A DNA stretch of 64,000 nucleotides from a virus, in IMG/VR virus record IMGVR_UViG_3300049460_000196, positions 49,104 to 113,103 of that record; one strand, written 5' to 3'. Within the stretch, counting starts at the first letter, position 1, and the number at the start of each line of letters is the position of its first letter. The position numbers were made by a program, and so were the translations under genes. The notes beneath the pieces are model-generated. The model did no database searches. It was given only the letters and a program-made list of their open reading frames with translations, and had not been told where the DNA came from. Positions 46,388 to 56,485 of this stretch are shown one piece after another.

Positions 46388-47413
46388 ATGTCAATTCTTG
46401 ATACATCAAAAGTAGACTTCTTGTGGAAGAAGGTTATCTACGGCGTTGGTAAAACTGACGGCTCCGGTGCTAAGTCGGGTTCAAATGAAACAGTGGCAAG
46501 CCCACTGCCAGTATTTGCTAGTCAAATCTGGGCACAAGCTAGCAACATTCCTGCTTCGCCACCAGCATCGACTGGTGGCGTGGTTCAAGTGTACACGGGT
46601 GCTGCCCGTATTGCTGCAACCAAGGATGCAACTTCGACCCTGAACGTAACCTGGATTTCTGGTCTTACCGACTGGATCCCAGCAACATTCAGTGCGAACT
46701 ACAGCGTGAAAGTTTATGCTGGTGATCCACAGACGACTGGTGTTCAGATCTTCCCAGACACCAACAATGAAGAGTATGTGTTCGACTACGCTTCCGGTAC
46801 TCTGCATTTCCCTAACACGGTTCCAGCAGGCGTTGTTGCTAACGGCGTGTACTTGGTTGGTTATCGTTATGTTGGTACCAAAGGTCTGACTGGTGCTGGT
46901 GGTGCGTCGAAGGTAACCGTGGTTGCTAACATCGCAGCACGTGATGCTCAGACTGGCTTGGCTATTGGCGACATGACTTTCGTGACTGATGCTTCGGCAA
47001 ATGGCGCGGATGCAGGCGCGGGCGAGTTTGCTATGTATATCTGGAACGGCTCTGCTTACACGGTAGTCGCAACTCAGGATAGTGCAAATGGCGATGCAAA
47101 AACCAACAGCGTGGCATTGACTGCCGCTTCAACGGGTACAATCGCGTTGAGTCGTGCTGGTAATGGTTCGCGTATTGTTGAATGCACAGTTGAAGTCACA
47201 ACTCCGTTTGACGGCACGTTTGACTTTACGATTGGTCAAGCTGGTCAACAGGCTTGGGTAATGAGCGTCAACGACCACGACGTGAAAGAAAACGGCGTGT
47301 ACTACATCACTTCGTCAACTCAGCTGTCCCTGTCACAAGAAACACAGATCAACGTGTATGTGAGCGGTACTGCAACGGTCGGTAATGCTGTTGTAACTTT
47401 GACATACGCCTAA
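46388..47413 (+). CDS. virion structural protein
   Basis: 341 aa, AAGGAG RBS, follows a structural gene. Confidence 0.75.
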   Translation: MSILDTSKVDFLWKKVIYGVGKTDGSGAKSGSNETVASPLPVFASQIWAQASNIPASPPASTGGVVQVYTGAARIAATKDATSTLNVTWISGLTDWIPATFSANYSVKVYAGDPQTTGVQIFPDTNNEEYVFDYASGTLHFPNTVPAGVVANGVYLVGYRYVGTKGLTGAGGASKVTVVANIAARDAQTGLAIGDMTFVTDASANGADAGAGEFAMYIWNGSAYTVVATQDSANGDAKTNSVALTAASTGTIALSRAGNGSRIVECTVEVTTPFDGTFDFTIGQAGQQAWVMSVNDHDVKENGVYYITSSTQLSLSQETQINVYVSGTATVGNAVVTLTYA

Positions 47414-47429
47414 TCTTAGGTAACGTCTT

Positions 47430-47455
47430 AAAAGCCTCCTTCGGGAGGCTTTTTT
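47430..47455. terminator. bidirectional intrinsic terminator
   Basis: AAAAGCCTCC-TTCG-GGAGGCTTTTTT between convergent genes. Confidence 0.9.
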
Positions 47456-47476
47456 ACGACTTATCGACTTCAAGTC

Positions 47477-47836
47477 CTAGAGCGCTTTATTGCCAAGAGC
47501 ATTTTTCATGTTATAGAAACGATCTGATTGTACGGCCCTAAATTCATTTAGCCAATGCTGTTCGCGTGCTTTAATTGATGTATTGGCATCAACGTATTCG
47601 AGGATGACTCGCTGGAATTGGGTTATGCCATAGTATTCAAATACGCGTCTGAACATGCGCCCAGAACCCCGGTATTCGTCATTTGCAATCCCAAGATGCG
47701 ATCCGATGTAGTACCGATCTTCCGGGATACATTTCCACATGTAGATGAAGCCCTGATATGCTTCAGGCTTCTCGGCGTTGAGTGCTGGAAAGTCTTCCAG
47801 CAGAGGATTAGTGTGAGTGAGTATGATTGGTTTCAT
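47477..47836 (-). CDS. GIY-YIG domain protein (catalytic domain only)
   Basis: GFIYMW...YYIGSH...YRGSG...REQHWL...FYN. Confidence 0.8.
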   Translation of the reverse strand: MKPIILTHTNPLLEDFPALNAEKPEAYQGFIYMWKCIPEDRYYIGSHLGIANDEYRGSGRMFRRVFEYYGITQFQRVILEYVDANTSIKAREQHWLNEFRAVQSDRFYNMKNALGNKAL

Positions 47837-47871
47837 GAGAACATGATAGCGAAATCATGTTCTTCATGCAA

Positions 47872-48787
47872 TTAATGGCAGTACACCATCTCTTGTTTGT
47901 TGGTCAGTACACCGAACAAAATGTCAGCGAAACGGTATGCCCACTTGCCGCCCTTCCAAGCCTTGACGTTGTCTGGATGAGTAGCAACCGGATGACGCAC
48001 ACTTGGATCTTGCCCGAAGTTCCAGTGATTGAACTCCATTTCCTTCTTGTCGTTCAGACGATACCAGATAGTGATTCGACCACAGTGCTTCAATTCTTCA
48101 AGTGATCGGAAACCATAGCGTGCCAGTACTGCACGCCCAGCATCATTGGCACCTTTAATACCACCACCGGGCCCACCTGGAATGAAAGAGGGAATATCGC
48201 TCATATGTGCTCCTGATCCATAAAGCCATGATAGTACAGGAGCACAACCAGTTAGTCAACTGGTGGGGTCACTCGAGTGACGATAAGCTTTGCGAGTTCC
48301 TTCAATACATCAACTTCGTAAAGTTGTTCTTGTGTGAAACCATTCTTGTCGATGAATTGCACCATCTTGTGCCTGTCATCGTAGTCGTAAACTGCCACTT
48401 TGCGTCCATCAGGAAACATTTTGGTGCTGCCAATCATGATTCACCTCATAGGTTGAACTTCTTGATCACACGAGATACCGCATATTCGGCTAGGAATTCT
48501 GGCATCCCCATTTGACTACTAATCGTCACAGCAACTTGCTGGAAGAATTCAGTACGGCGCTCTGGTTCCTGATACGCAGTCACGCCACGCAGGACCATCT
48601 CCTTGACAGTACGATAGTCCATGTAAATCATCACTGGAATAGTGAACACAACAATGCCCAGCATGATCAAACCGCACACAACTGGCACAATACCGTCGGT
48701 TGCGTAAATGGCCACAATCCAGGCCACTAAGGCGATGATGATTGCAGTAAGGTATGGTACGATGTACCACGAAATAAGATGTTTCAT
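47872..48787 (-). other. three hypothetical ORFs (47872-48204, 48252-48437, 48446-48787 membrane protein)
   Basis: co-directional ORFs; the last has two TM segments. Confidence 0.6.
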
Positions 48788-49107
48788 TAGTCTTTCTTTC
48801 CATGCTCAAGAATGAAGGCACGCTTCTCTTCTCGAGTCATATTATTGGGCATCTGTATTGATGGGCTATCAAGTGCTTCCTGAATGCGTTTGATATTCAG
48901 GTCGAGTTCAACATCGATTAAATGTTCAGGGGTGGGATGACCTCGATATTGCTCTAGTTCACGTTCATCCCATTCGGCCCTGATTTCGTTCTGGTATGTC
49001 AGACCATCAATTGGACCACCTTCGCGATTCTTCCACAGACCGAATAAAGACTCAATCGCTTTACGTCGACGCTCAAGGCGTTCATCGTAGTCGGTAAGGT
49101 CGCTCAT
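48787..49107 (-). CDS. VapB/CopG-antitoxin-like protein
   Basis: FGLWKNR...DGLTYQNEIRAEWD resembles antitoxin C-termini (recognised by eye). Confidence 0.55.
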   Translation of the reverse strand: MSDLTDYDERLERRRKAIESLFGLWKNREGGPIDGLTYQNEIRAEWDERELEQYRGHPTPEHLIDVELDLNIKRIQEALDSPSIQMPNNMTREEKRAFILEHGKKD

Positions 49108-49283
49108 TTGCGCTTTGCTCGTTGGATGGTCTTCTCGGCCATTGCAATCAGTCGGTCATCGCCACTTTTAAGCGCTTCAGCCATGTAGGCATTGATGCTG
49201 GCCTTACTGTTCAGATAATCTTCGGGTTTGAATTCCGGGAGATCATGGATCGACTGCAATTCGTCTTTGTAACGTTTACTCAT
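49104..49283 (-). CDS. addiction-module antidote (HI1420-like) N-terminal domain
   Basis: FKPEDYLNSKASINAYMAEALKSGD...IQRAK. Confidence 0.55.
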   Translation of the reverse strand: MSKRYKDELQSIHDLPEFKPEDYLNSKASINAYMAEALKSGDDRLIAMAEKTIQRAKRK

Positions 49284-49461
49284 ATGGTTTATGAACCTCC
49301 CCATTACTTTTAATGATGGGTGGCAATCCATCTTTTGTGACTCGATTGCCCCACTTTTTTGCTTCTCGTGTGATCGAGTCAAGGTCAATGTCGACAGTGG
49401 TATTCACACCTTTGACTATCTTACCTAGTTCATCCAACCGAATCAATTCGTTGTATCTCAT
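49276..49461 (-). CDS. small late protein
   Basis: MRYNEL start, AAGGAGG RBS, TAAATA upstream. Confidence 0.65.
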   Translation of the reverse strand: MRYNELIRLDELGKIVKGVNTTVDIDLDSITREAKKWGNRVTKDGLPPIIKSNGEVHKPYE

Positions 49462-49755
49462 AGACACCTCCTTCGCGTTATTTACACCAAATGAAGATAT
49501 GGGATAAATACTAGACAACGGAGGATATCATGTTTGAGCTTATTGGATACTTGATCTTTATGCTGCTGGGTTTGACCTTAGATCAAACAGCGAAAACCTT
49601 CAGACAGGCCGTGATTGCCATATTCATTCTGTTTGCTGCCACGTTCTGCTTCATGGAAACTTTGGTGATCCAGGGTGTCAAACTGTTATGGTACATTGTG
49701 GCATAGGCATTGTGCCACATCAACAGCTTAGTGGTATTGTTGATAAATAATCATC

Positions 49756-50316
49756 ATGAGATTATACGAATTCGACCTTTCCCAAGCCAATACACCAATG
49801 AGCTTCTGGGGCCTTGCTGACCTCCTAGGCCTCAAACAATATGCTGAAAATATGGATGACCTTGCTTTGCCATGGCTCAACCATAATAAGCCAGCATGCA
49901 TCAACAAGATGCTGAATGATACGAAATACCATCAAGCCTCGTTGTTGAAGCTGTATTGGGATACTCAGTTCAAACACAAAAGCTGGACAGATCCTATTGG
50001 GTCATATGCGGGATTAAAGGCATTTTTAGCGTCACCAATGACGTTCTGGCGCGGTGGCGGAGGGGAATATGACCCCAACTATACCGGCAATGGTTGGTTC
50101 GCTTATACGTACAGCCGTGACCGTGTCCAGACATTCACTGACTACGATGGCACGTATGCCAGCAAAAGCCAGTTTCTTAGCAAACGCCAGGGAGAGAGTT
50201 GGGTAGTTGAATTGACGATTCCAGTCGGTGAGATTGGACTATACCTGCACAATAGTATGGACTCAGAAGTGATTATTCCTGCCCATTTGTCCGCTACGGC
50301 GCGTCAGATCAAATAA
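49756..50316 (+). CDS. hypothetical late protein
   Basis: 186 aa, TAAATA upstream. Confidence 0.7.
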   Translation: MRLYEFDLSQANTPMSFWGLADLLGLKQYAENMDDLALPWLNHNKPACINKMLNDTKYHQASLLKLYWDTQFKHKSWTDPIGSYAGLKAFLASPMTFWRGGGGEYDPNYTGNGWFAYTYSRDRVQTFTDYDGTYASKSQFLSKRQGESWVVELTIPVGEIGLYLHNSMDSEVIIPAHLSATARQIK

Positions 50317-50345
50317 AAAAGCCCGAGATTGCTCTCGGGCTTTTT
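50315..50345. terminator. bidirectional intrinsic terminator
   Basis: AAAAAAGCCCGAGA...TCTCGGGCTTTTT. Confidence 0.85.
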
Positions 50346-50383
50346 CACGATTCTAACAACTGGAGGAAGTAAGAATTGTGAAC

Positions 50384-50457
50384 TGGAGTCCTAGGATGGA
50401 TTCGAACCACCCTACATGCCTTTGCAAGGCACTACATAACCACTCTGCCACCAGGAC
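50384..50457 (-). tRNA. tRNA-Cys(GCA)
   Basis: cloverleaf, U73, CCA. Confidence 0.9.
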
Positions 50458-50463
50458 TTTGAC

Positions 50464-50538
50464 TGGAGTGATACCAGGGAATCGAACCCCGCTGGACGCC
50501 TTTGCAGGGCGTTGCCTAAACCGATCGGCCAATATCAC
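50464..50538 (-). tRNA. tRNA-Cys(GCA)
   Basis: cloverleaf, U73, CCA. Confidence 0.88.
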
Positions 50539-50550
50539 ATAAAACTTTAA

Positions 50551-50658
50551 CGGAATAGCGTCATCTAAAGCCCGGGAGTCGAACCCTTATCGATGACTTG
50601 TCCCCATTGGACTAGGCTGGAAAGGTTGGCTCCATAAGTTGTTTGCTGAATCTATTCC
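50551..50658 (-). ncRNA. stem+CAGCAA repeat RNA, copy E (contains T-loop hairpin)
   Basis: GGAATAG/CTATTCC stem, TTCAGCAA, GGG-TTCGACT-CCC. Confidence 0.65.
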
Positions 50659-50675
50659 AAAACTTTACAATTTAC

Positions 50676-50868
50676 TTAAAGCTGAATCCCACAGTCGATG
50701 GTAAACGAATCCCATTCCTCCGATAGACTCGGTGCTCTGGCCGTCTGAGCTACTGCCACCTCAAAATTCCACCTTGCCGGATCACCCCACTGGGTTTACC
50801 GCGGAATTCCAATTATAAGTGTTGAGACCCATGCCTGCGTACTTAGCGGCAAGACCTTTCAGCTTTAA
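50676..50868 (-). ncRNA. structured RNA containing a degenerate tRNA body
   Basis: 11-bp terminal repeat; TA-GCTC-AGACGGCCA-GAGC D arm. Confidence 0.5.
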
Positions 50869-50874
50869 ATAAAC

Positions 50875-50951
50875 TGGATGCGGGGGATGGATTTGAACCA
50901 TCGACCTTCGGATTATGAGCCAGACGAGCTACCAGACTGCTCCACCCCGCA
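50875..50951 (-). tRNA. tRNA-Met(CAT), initiator-like body
   Basis: cloverleaf, CCA. Confidence 0.88.
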
Positions 50952-50993
50952 CTGTCAAGTACACATTCTATGTACTTTTTACCACATGGTCAA

Positions 50994-51335
50994 TTACTTT
51001 TCAAACTTCTTTTTCAACTTCAAATACTCTTGATACTGCGGATCTTTATCTCTGGCATGCTCATCAAGTATCTTTTGATAATCGCCTGCATCTCCACCTT
51101 TGCCGAAAGCATAGCCGGTAAGGAAATGCTTCAACTTATCCACCGATGAACTGGCGCCACCATCATCATGGCTTCCAGAATAACCAGCATTCAGACTACG
51201 TTCAGCTGCACTATGTAATACTGCATCGATGATGATTTTAAGATCAGGATTATCATCCTGATAACCAACAGACCCTAAACGTGAACGATAACGAGGTACT
51301 TCATTGTCCACTTGACGATCCCAATCTGCACTCAT
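50994..51335 (-). CDS. hypothetical protein
   Basis: 113 aa ORF. Confidence 0.65.
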   Translation of the reverse strand: MSADWDRQVDNEVPRYRSRLGSVGYQDDNPDLKIIIDAVLHSAAERSLNAGYSGSHDDGGASSSVDKLKHFLTGYAFGKGGDAGDYQKILDEHARDKDPQYQEYLKLKKKFEK

Positions 51336-51342
51336 ACGCACT

Positions 51343-51635
51343 TTCTGAAATGATGTTTACTGGCTTTCTCATCCTGCACCACTAGGCCGTTGGAACTGGT
51401 GTAGACATCCACCTTTGATGTCTCATGCAACGTGTTGTTGACTTATTGGTCCCCTACGATGACCGCTCATCTAGTCACTTCGTGGCAAACACCATATAGA
51501 GTCGCACATCTAAATTCCACATTTCGACGACTGGGGATCTTTACGACCTCTTTCATCCTGAACATAATGCCATCTGTAGCCTCGGGAGCTCCCGAAATTT
51601 AATACGGGCCTATGTGGCACTATGGATTTTCAGAA
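51343..51635 (-). ncRNA. putative ~290-nt multi-hairpin RNA
   Basis: terminal TTCTGAAA/TTTCAGAA, several internal stems, no ORF. Confidence 0.5.
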
Positions 51636-51697
51636 CTATCCAGCAGTATTGGAACGCCGCTGAGCGAATGTACGACCGTATATGGGTTCGCGGTTAA

Positions 51698-51764
51698 CAG
51701 GATGCGGTTTTTAACGTGGTCAAATTTAAAGTTTGAATGTTTTGTAATTTGCTGTACGCATCCT
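51698..51764 (-). ncRNA. stem+CAGCAA repeat RNA, copy F (CT-TTA-AA loop)
   Basis: AGGATGCG/CGCATCCT stem, TCAAA-CTTTAAA-TTTGA hairpin. Confidence 0.7.
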
Positions 51765-51820
51765 AGTTCCTAGTATAGCTCGCCACTTCCAAGCCATCAA
51801 TACTTTTTACGATGGCTATT

Positions 51821-52036
51821 TCAACTTGGCAATCGGTACTTCTTCAGAGCTGCATTTGCCAAATCATACGATGGCATGCGACTGACGGCAACGTCAACAA
51901 GTTCTACCGCAGCCATTGCAAACAATTCCTGTGAATAAAGCAGATCATCAGGAGTTGCGGTTGCCCGCCATTTGGCCAACTCTTCAGGAGTTGATTCCAT
52001 CAAAAATTTCAAGTTGTTCAGGTCGTGTTGATTCAT
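51821..52036 (-). CDS. hypothetical protein
   Basis: 71 aa, AAGGAA RBS. Confidence 0.6.
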   Translation of the reverse strand: MNQHDLNNLKFLMESTPEELAKWRATATPDDLLYSQELFAMAAVELVDVAVSRMPSYDLANAALKKYRLPS

Positions 52037-52338
52037 ACTTGTTCCTTGGAGGACTTCTCATTATAGACTGGACCTGCACGCTGTCTTGCCACACTTCTGA
52101 TGTCTAATATTAGAAGTAAGTTTATCAAGGCAAAACTTGATGCACCCAAGATCAACTCAGTCATCTTAGTATATAAGAGTTGATTACTTGGAAATCCATT
52201 GATGATTTAAGCTTCTGACCCTTATGTCATACGCCGATCACCCAAGGTCAGTATAGACTTCATAGTTGAATGGCACAAATAGGATTTACCAGATATAAAA
52301 AAAGCGCCCGAAGGCGCTAAAGGGTGCTACGGAACTTG

Positions 52339-52848
52339 TTAGCGAGTCACCGCATCAATCGTCGCCTGCGTCATATACGGGATGCCGTTCAGTGTGTAGG
52401 TGCAGCAAGTGCAACCAAAACACTCCTTGTTGATGTCGCCGGAGCAAAGGTCAGGCTTGACCTTCTGAAGCTTATTCTGGTCATCCACGTAGAGGCCACT
52501 GTAGTACGAAGTTTCACCAGCACGGAAGAACATTTCCCGATCTTCTTCACGGATGGCAACCATGTGGAAGATAGGGTCAGTGCGATCCAGACGTGACACT
52601 GCTTCGCTGTGAACAGCCGGCCAGTCTTGGCCCACATTGCTCAACAGGAAGCGATACAGTGGTGTATAGTCGAGGCCACGCTGCACGTTGCCGTTCATAC
52701 TACCCCGCGTCACACCTTCTTCCAAAAGACGCTTGGATGACTTGGTATGACGTTCATGACGATGCTCGCCACCGAAATCCAAATAGCTACCGCACCGACG
52801 AACACGTTTGTTCTCTTTGCGATACAGGGGTTCTTTAACTTTGTTCAT
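52339..52848 (-). CDS. hypothetical protein
   Basis: 169 aa, coupled to the GluRS-like gene by an ATGA overlap. Confidence 0.7.
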   Translation of the reverse strand: MNKVKEPLYRKENKRVRRCGSYLDFGGEHRHERHTKSSKRLLEEGVTRGSMNGNVQRGLDYTPLYRFLLSNVGQDWPAVHSEAVSRLDRTDPIFHMVAIREEDREMFFRAGETSYYSGLYVDDQNKLQKVKPDLCSGDINKECFGCTCCTYTLNGIPYMTQATIDAVTR

Positions 52849-53732
52849 CCTTGCTCCTTGGCTTTAGCGGCTTTGTACTTTTTGTCGTAGTGGGCCAGTT
52901 TGCTGAAGTCCACTTTGGAGTGAACGCCGCGCAGATTGCCGCCATCCAGGAACAGTTCCAGGGCACGATCACGGCCAATTATCGCAGCAGTTTTGTCATC
53001 GACCTTGGGCCCCCAGCCCAAGCGCAACAGGAAGTTCAGCATGGCGTCAGGATCGATGCCTTGATCCTGGTAGTCCAGAAGCGACGTGGCGCCGTCAGAC
53101 TTCGACAGTTTCTTGCCGGTCGTCAGATCGCACAACAGGCCCACGTGTGCGTAGTCAGGCAGACGAACTTGCGTACCTTCAGCAGCATGAATGGCTTCGT
53201 AGAGCGCTACTTGCTTCATGGTGTTGTTGGTGTGATCGTTGCCACGAATGATCATGTTGATGCCATGATCTATGTCGTCCACGACATTGGCGAAGTGATA
53301 GGTTGGCATGCCGTCGCTTTTGCGCAGCACCATGTTCTGGATGAAGTCGGTGTCGATCTTCGTGACCTTCACATTTTTCAACGCCCGGTCATCGAACGAG
53401 TCGCGTTCCAGCGAGTGCTTCAGGAACACCGCGCCGTCGCGGACTTCAGCCTTATCCGCCTTGACCATCATTTCCAGGCAGGTATTGTAACGATCCAGCC
53501 GGTCGCTTTGCTTGAACGTGTGGTCGAAGTTCAGTCCCAGGTAGTCCATGGCACGATAGATCACATCGATGTATTCCTGGGACGACTTTTCCGTGTTGGT
53601 GTCATCGATGCGCAGCAAGAAGGAACCGCCAGTTGCACGGGCAGCCAGCCAGTTAAAATAAGCCGTTCGAGCGGTTCCTAGATGGAAGTGCCCTGATGGA
53701 CTCGGTGCGATGCGCGTATGTTTACGATACAT
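52845..53732 (-). CDS. glutamyl-tRNA synthetase catalytic-domain-only protein
   Basis: RIAPSPSG-HLGT (HIGH), LRIDDT, PTYHFANVVDD, IRGNDH, KLSKS; ends before the anticodon-binding domains. Confidence 0.9.
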   Translation of the reverse strand: MYRKHTRIAPSPSGHFHLGTARTAYFNWLAARATGGSFLLRIDDTNTEKSSQEYIDVIYRAMDYLGLNFDHTFKQSDRLDRYNTCLEMMVKADKAEVRDGAVFLKHSLERDSFDDRALKNVKVTKIDTDFIQNMVLRKSDGMPTYHFANVVDDIDHGINMIIRGNDHTNNTMKQVALYEAIHAAEGTQVRLPDYAHVGLLCDLTTGKKLSKSDGATSLLDYQDQGIDPDAMLNFLLRLGWGPKVDDKTAAIIGRDRALELFLDGGNLRGVHSKVDFSKLAHYDKKYKAAKAKEQG

Positions 53733-53816
53733 GATATGCTTTCATTTGAATGATGCGCCATTCTACGTGAATATTGGTCTGGTTTCAAGCATAAATATGA
53801 TTTCAAGGAGAACAGT

Positions 53817-54248
53817 ATGCGCTACAATGAATTGCTGGAATACAAGAAATACTCAGATGATGGGCGTGATTTCGATTATGTGGATTCGCCATTGCATCGA
53901 GGCACCAACGAACTGTTGAGAAATCGTCCTGATACCGATCGTGGTCCACATCAAAACAAAGAGTTGAATATGATGTTGGCTGGGGTTAAACCAGCTGCAT
54001 TAATCGACGTTGACGAGTATGATTTACTGTGGAAACCTTATGTGGACCAAGGCAAATTTATTGCTCGGAAATTTACCAATATCGCTGGGTGGGACAACTA
54101 TATCGTTGCATTACCTGGAGAGGAACAACGTATCGATCGTATGATAAAAATGTTGACTGATACCGGCCCCGCATCCGACGTATATCATGTGAAACTTGGT
54201 CGGATGTTGGGCTATACCAAGGATCAAATCCGCAAGTTTATTGGCTAA
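53817..54248 (+). CDS. hypothetical late protein
   Basis: MRYNELLE start, TAAATA upstream. Confidence 0.7.
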   Translation: MRYNELLEYKKYSDDGRDFDYVDSPLHRGTNELLRNRPDTDRGPHQNKELNMMLAGVKPAALIDVDEYDLLWKPYVDQGKFIARKFTNIAGWDNYIVALPGEEQRIDRMIKMLTDTGPASDVYHVKLGRMLGYTKDQIRKFIG

Positions 54249-55643
54249 GTTTTGGCGTGAGCAAGTCTATATAGCGCGGCATCTGCTTCAGTTTCAAACA
54301 ACCAGAACGCGCTATGCCACCAAGCTTTATTGGCGCAATGCTGCTTGATCCATTCCCATTCTTCCATGTGATCTTTTTGCCGAGATTTAACCTGAACTGG
54401 ATCGTCAGTTCGCATATGGGATATCATGTACCCGCTGATATGACTGGTCTTCACAGTTGGCATATAATCAACTAATGGATTCCAGTCATATTTGCGACAC
54501 AGTTCATCCCATTGGAACATGAACATCTGTTTGGTCATCTGACCTCGGGCCAATAGCCATCCCGTACCTTTGACTTCGGGCATGAATGTATTCATGTTTG
54601 TGGTAAAACTAGCATCAGTCAAGATAATTGTATTCTCACTGAGATTGCCACGACAACGTATTGTTTCTATATTTTGTCGTGCTGGACCAGACACATCAAA
54701 GGTCATCACCACTATCAGTTCGGAGTTTACCCCAATTGGTTCATGTTCTGGAACTTGATATGGTGGTGCTTCGCGTTTCACTCGTCAAACTCCGCGATCA
54801 CATCCGCAACATCCATAGCATCGTCAGGATTAATGATTCCGCCGCCTTCACTCAGGTCGTACGAATACCTTTCAGCTTCCAGTTTTTCCAGGAAGAGATT
54901 GAGTGCTTCTTGTGATTTGAACAAGCGAATGTTTGCGGAGCCATCGCCGGAGTCAGTGATGCAATAGAACAGCGGGTCTTGTTGTTGTGCCATCTTGTTT
55001 CCCCTTCAGAGTGGTTATTATGCCACCATGATAGAAAGAAAAGATGATGTGGTAAATTTATCCCCAGCGTGGTTTGCCAAGTAATTTGATCATAACGATT
55101 GCTTGATCAGCTGAGTCATATGGGCCTATAAGCTCCATCTTATCTCTATCCCAGATATCATTCGCGCCAATCCACCATTTGTACGGCTCTTTGGTTGCCG
55201 AAAATGCGAATACGCCAATCCCATTAATCATAAAAGGCGGATCTGGATCACTGTATTGGAAAAGTTGAAGATTCAAGGACAGCTTGAAACTACGATAGTA
55301 TCCATGACCATCGATTTTGAAATCAGTTTGTGTCTGGACAATGGCCGTCATATTAACGACGTCGCTGCTGACGATAAGCCGCTATAGCTTGGGTTTCTGG
55401 AAATGGCTTCAAACCTGTACGCAAGTAGAAGACAAGTGGATCTTCATTACCAAAGGCGACTTCATATAAGTCGCCTTTGCTTATCTTGGCTAAGTCGTTA
55501 CATATGAACTTGACTCTGTTAACGTTAAGTTCAATTTCCAATACTCGTTCGATGTCTTTACCAAGAGACCAATTTGTCTTGCGGTCGTATGGGACATCAA
55601 TGTACAGCATGGGCTTCTTACGCCAAAAGTTTAATACATTCAT
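54245..55643 (-). other. four hypothetical ORFs (54245-54781, 54778-54993, 55058-55351, 55353-55643)
   Basis: co-directional, overlapping or adjacent ORFs. Confidence 0.6.
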
Positions 55644-56485
55644 TCTGATAGATAACGAAAAGTCGATGAAGTTGACCGTATGCGTTGACGTATTGCTTCA
55701 ACAGTCAACTTATAATGTTTAGCAGCATCAGTCAATGACGCGAACACATTGCCAGCACCATCTGAAATTTTCTTACTGTTGCCCTTTAGTATACACGACT
55801 TATTTGAACAATATTTTCTTTTGTTATCAACACTTTCAAATATGGCATTACAGTTAGCACATGAGTACGTATACACTGGCTTAGTCTGTTCAGGCTTGGG
55901 TGATTTGATACTTTTTGGTTTCGTATTCTGTTTTACATATTCGATACAACTAGGGCATTTCTTTCTGGACTCAACTTTAGACGTTTGAAATTCAACTAAA
56001 CATCGCTCGCACTTTGATAAAATTTGGTTGCGGCCCCATAGACATCCGTCAGGTAAATCACCTCTGATTTTATATGTAACGCTAGTAGTAATATTGGTTA
56101 CCCATTTGCTACCGAAATTATTATTCTTGCTACCAGATTGATCCATTGATTTCTTTATGCTATATGCTTCTCGTAATGTGGCATATAGTCTATTATTGAT
56201 ATAGCGAGACATCTTTGAGTTTGACGCCCTCATGATGATGGTCGCATTTACCATTTTATGATAATTTGGCGTATTTGGCACTTGCATTTTGACAAGAAGC
56301 ATATGACAAATGAAGTGCTCTCGGGCGGTAAGTCTTACCAAGTTTTCAGCAACATCCGTGCCACCAAGACTTCTTGGGATTATATGATGACGTTCAACAT
56401 AACCAATTGGTGGATTTTGAATCCGATTGTTGATGATGGTGTGATAGATCTTTTGATAGGCCAAAACAAGAAATCCTAAAAGCAA
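55640..56485 (-). CDS. HNH homing endonuclease
   Basis: ERHHIIPRSLGG...NLVRLTAREHFICH, Cys clusters, C-terminal HTH-like segment; start uncertain. Confidence 0.88.
   Translation of the reverse strand: MLLGFLVLAYQKIYHTIINNRIQNPPIGYVERHHIIPRSLGGTDVAENLVRLTAREHFICHMLLVKMQVPNTPNYHKMVNATIIMRASNSKMSRYINNRLYATLREAYSIKKSMDQSGSKNNNFGSKWVTNITTSVTYKIRGDLPDGCLWGRNQILSKCERCLVEFQTSKVESRKKCPSCIEYVKQNTKPKSIKSPKPEQTKPVYTYSCANCNAIFESVDNKRKYCSNKSCILKGNSKKISDGAGNVFASLTDAAKHYKLTVEAIRQRIRSTSSTFRYLSE

Noticed and set aside
52851-53681. 276-aa + strand ORF
   Set aside because: Antisense shadow of the GluRS-like gene
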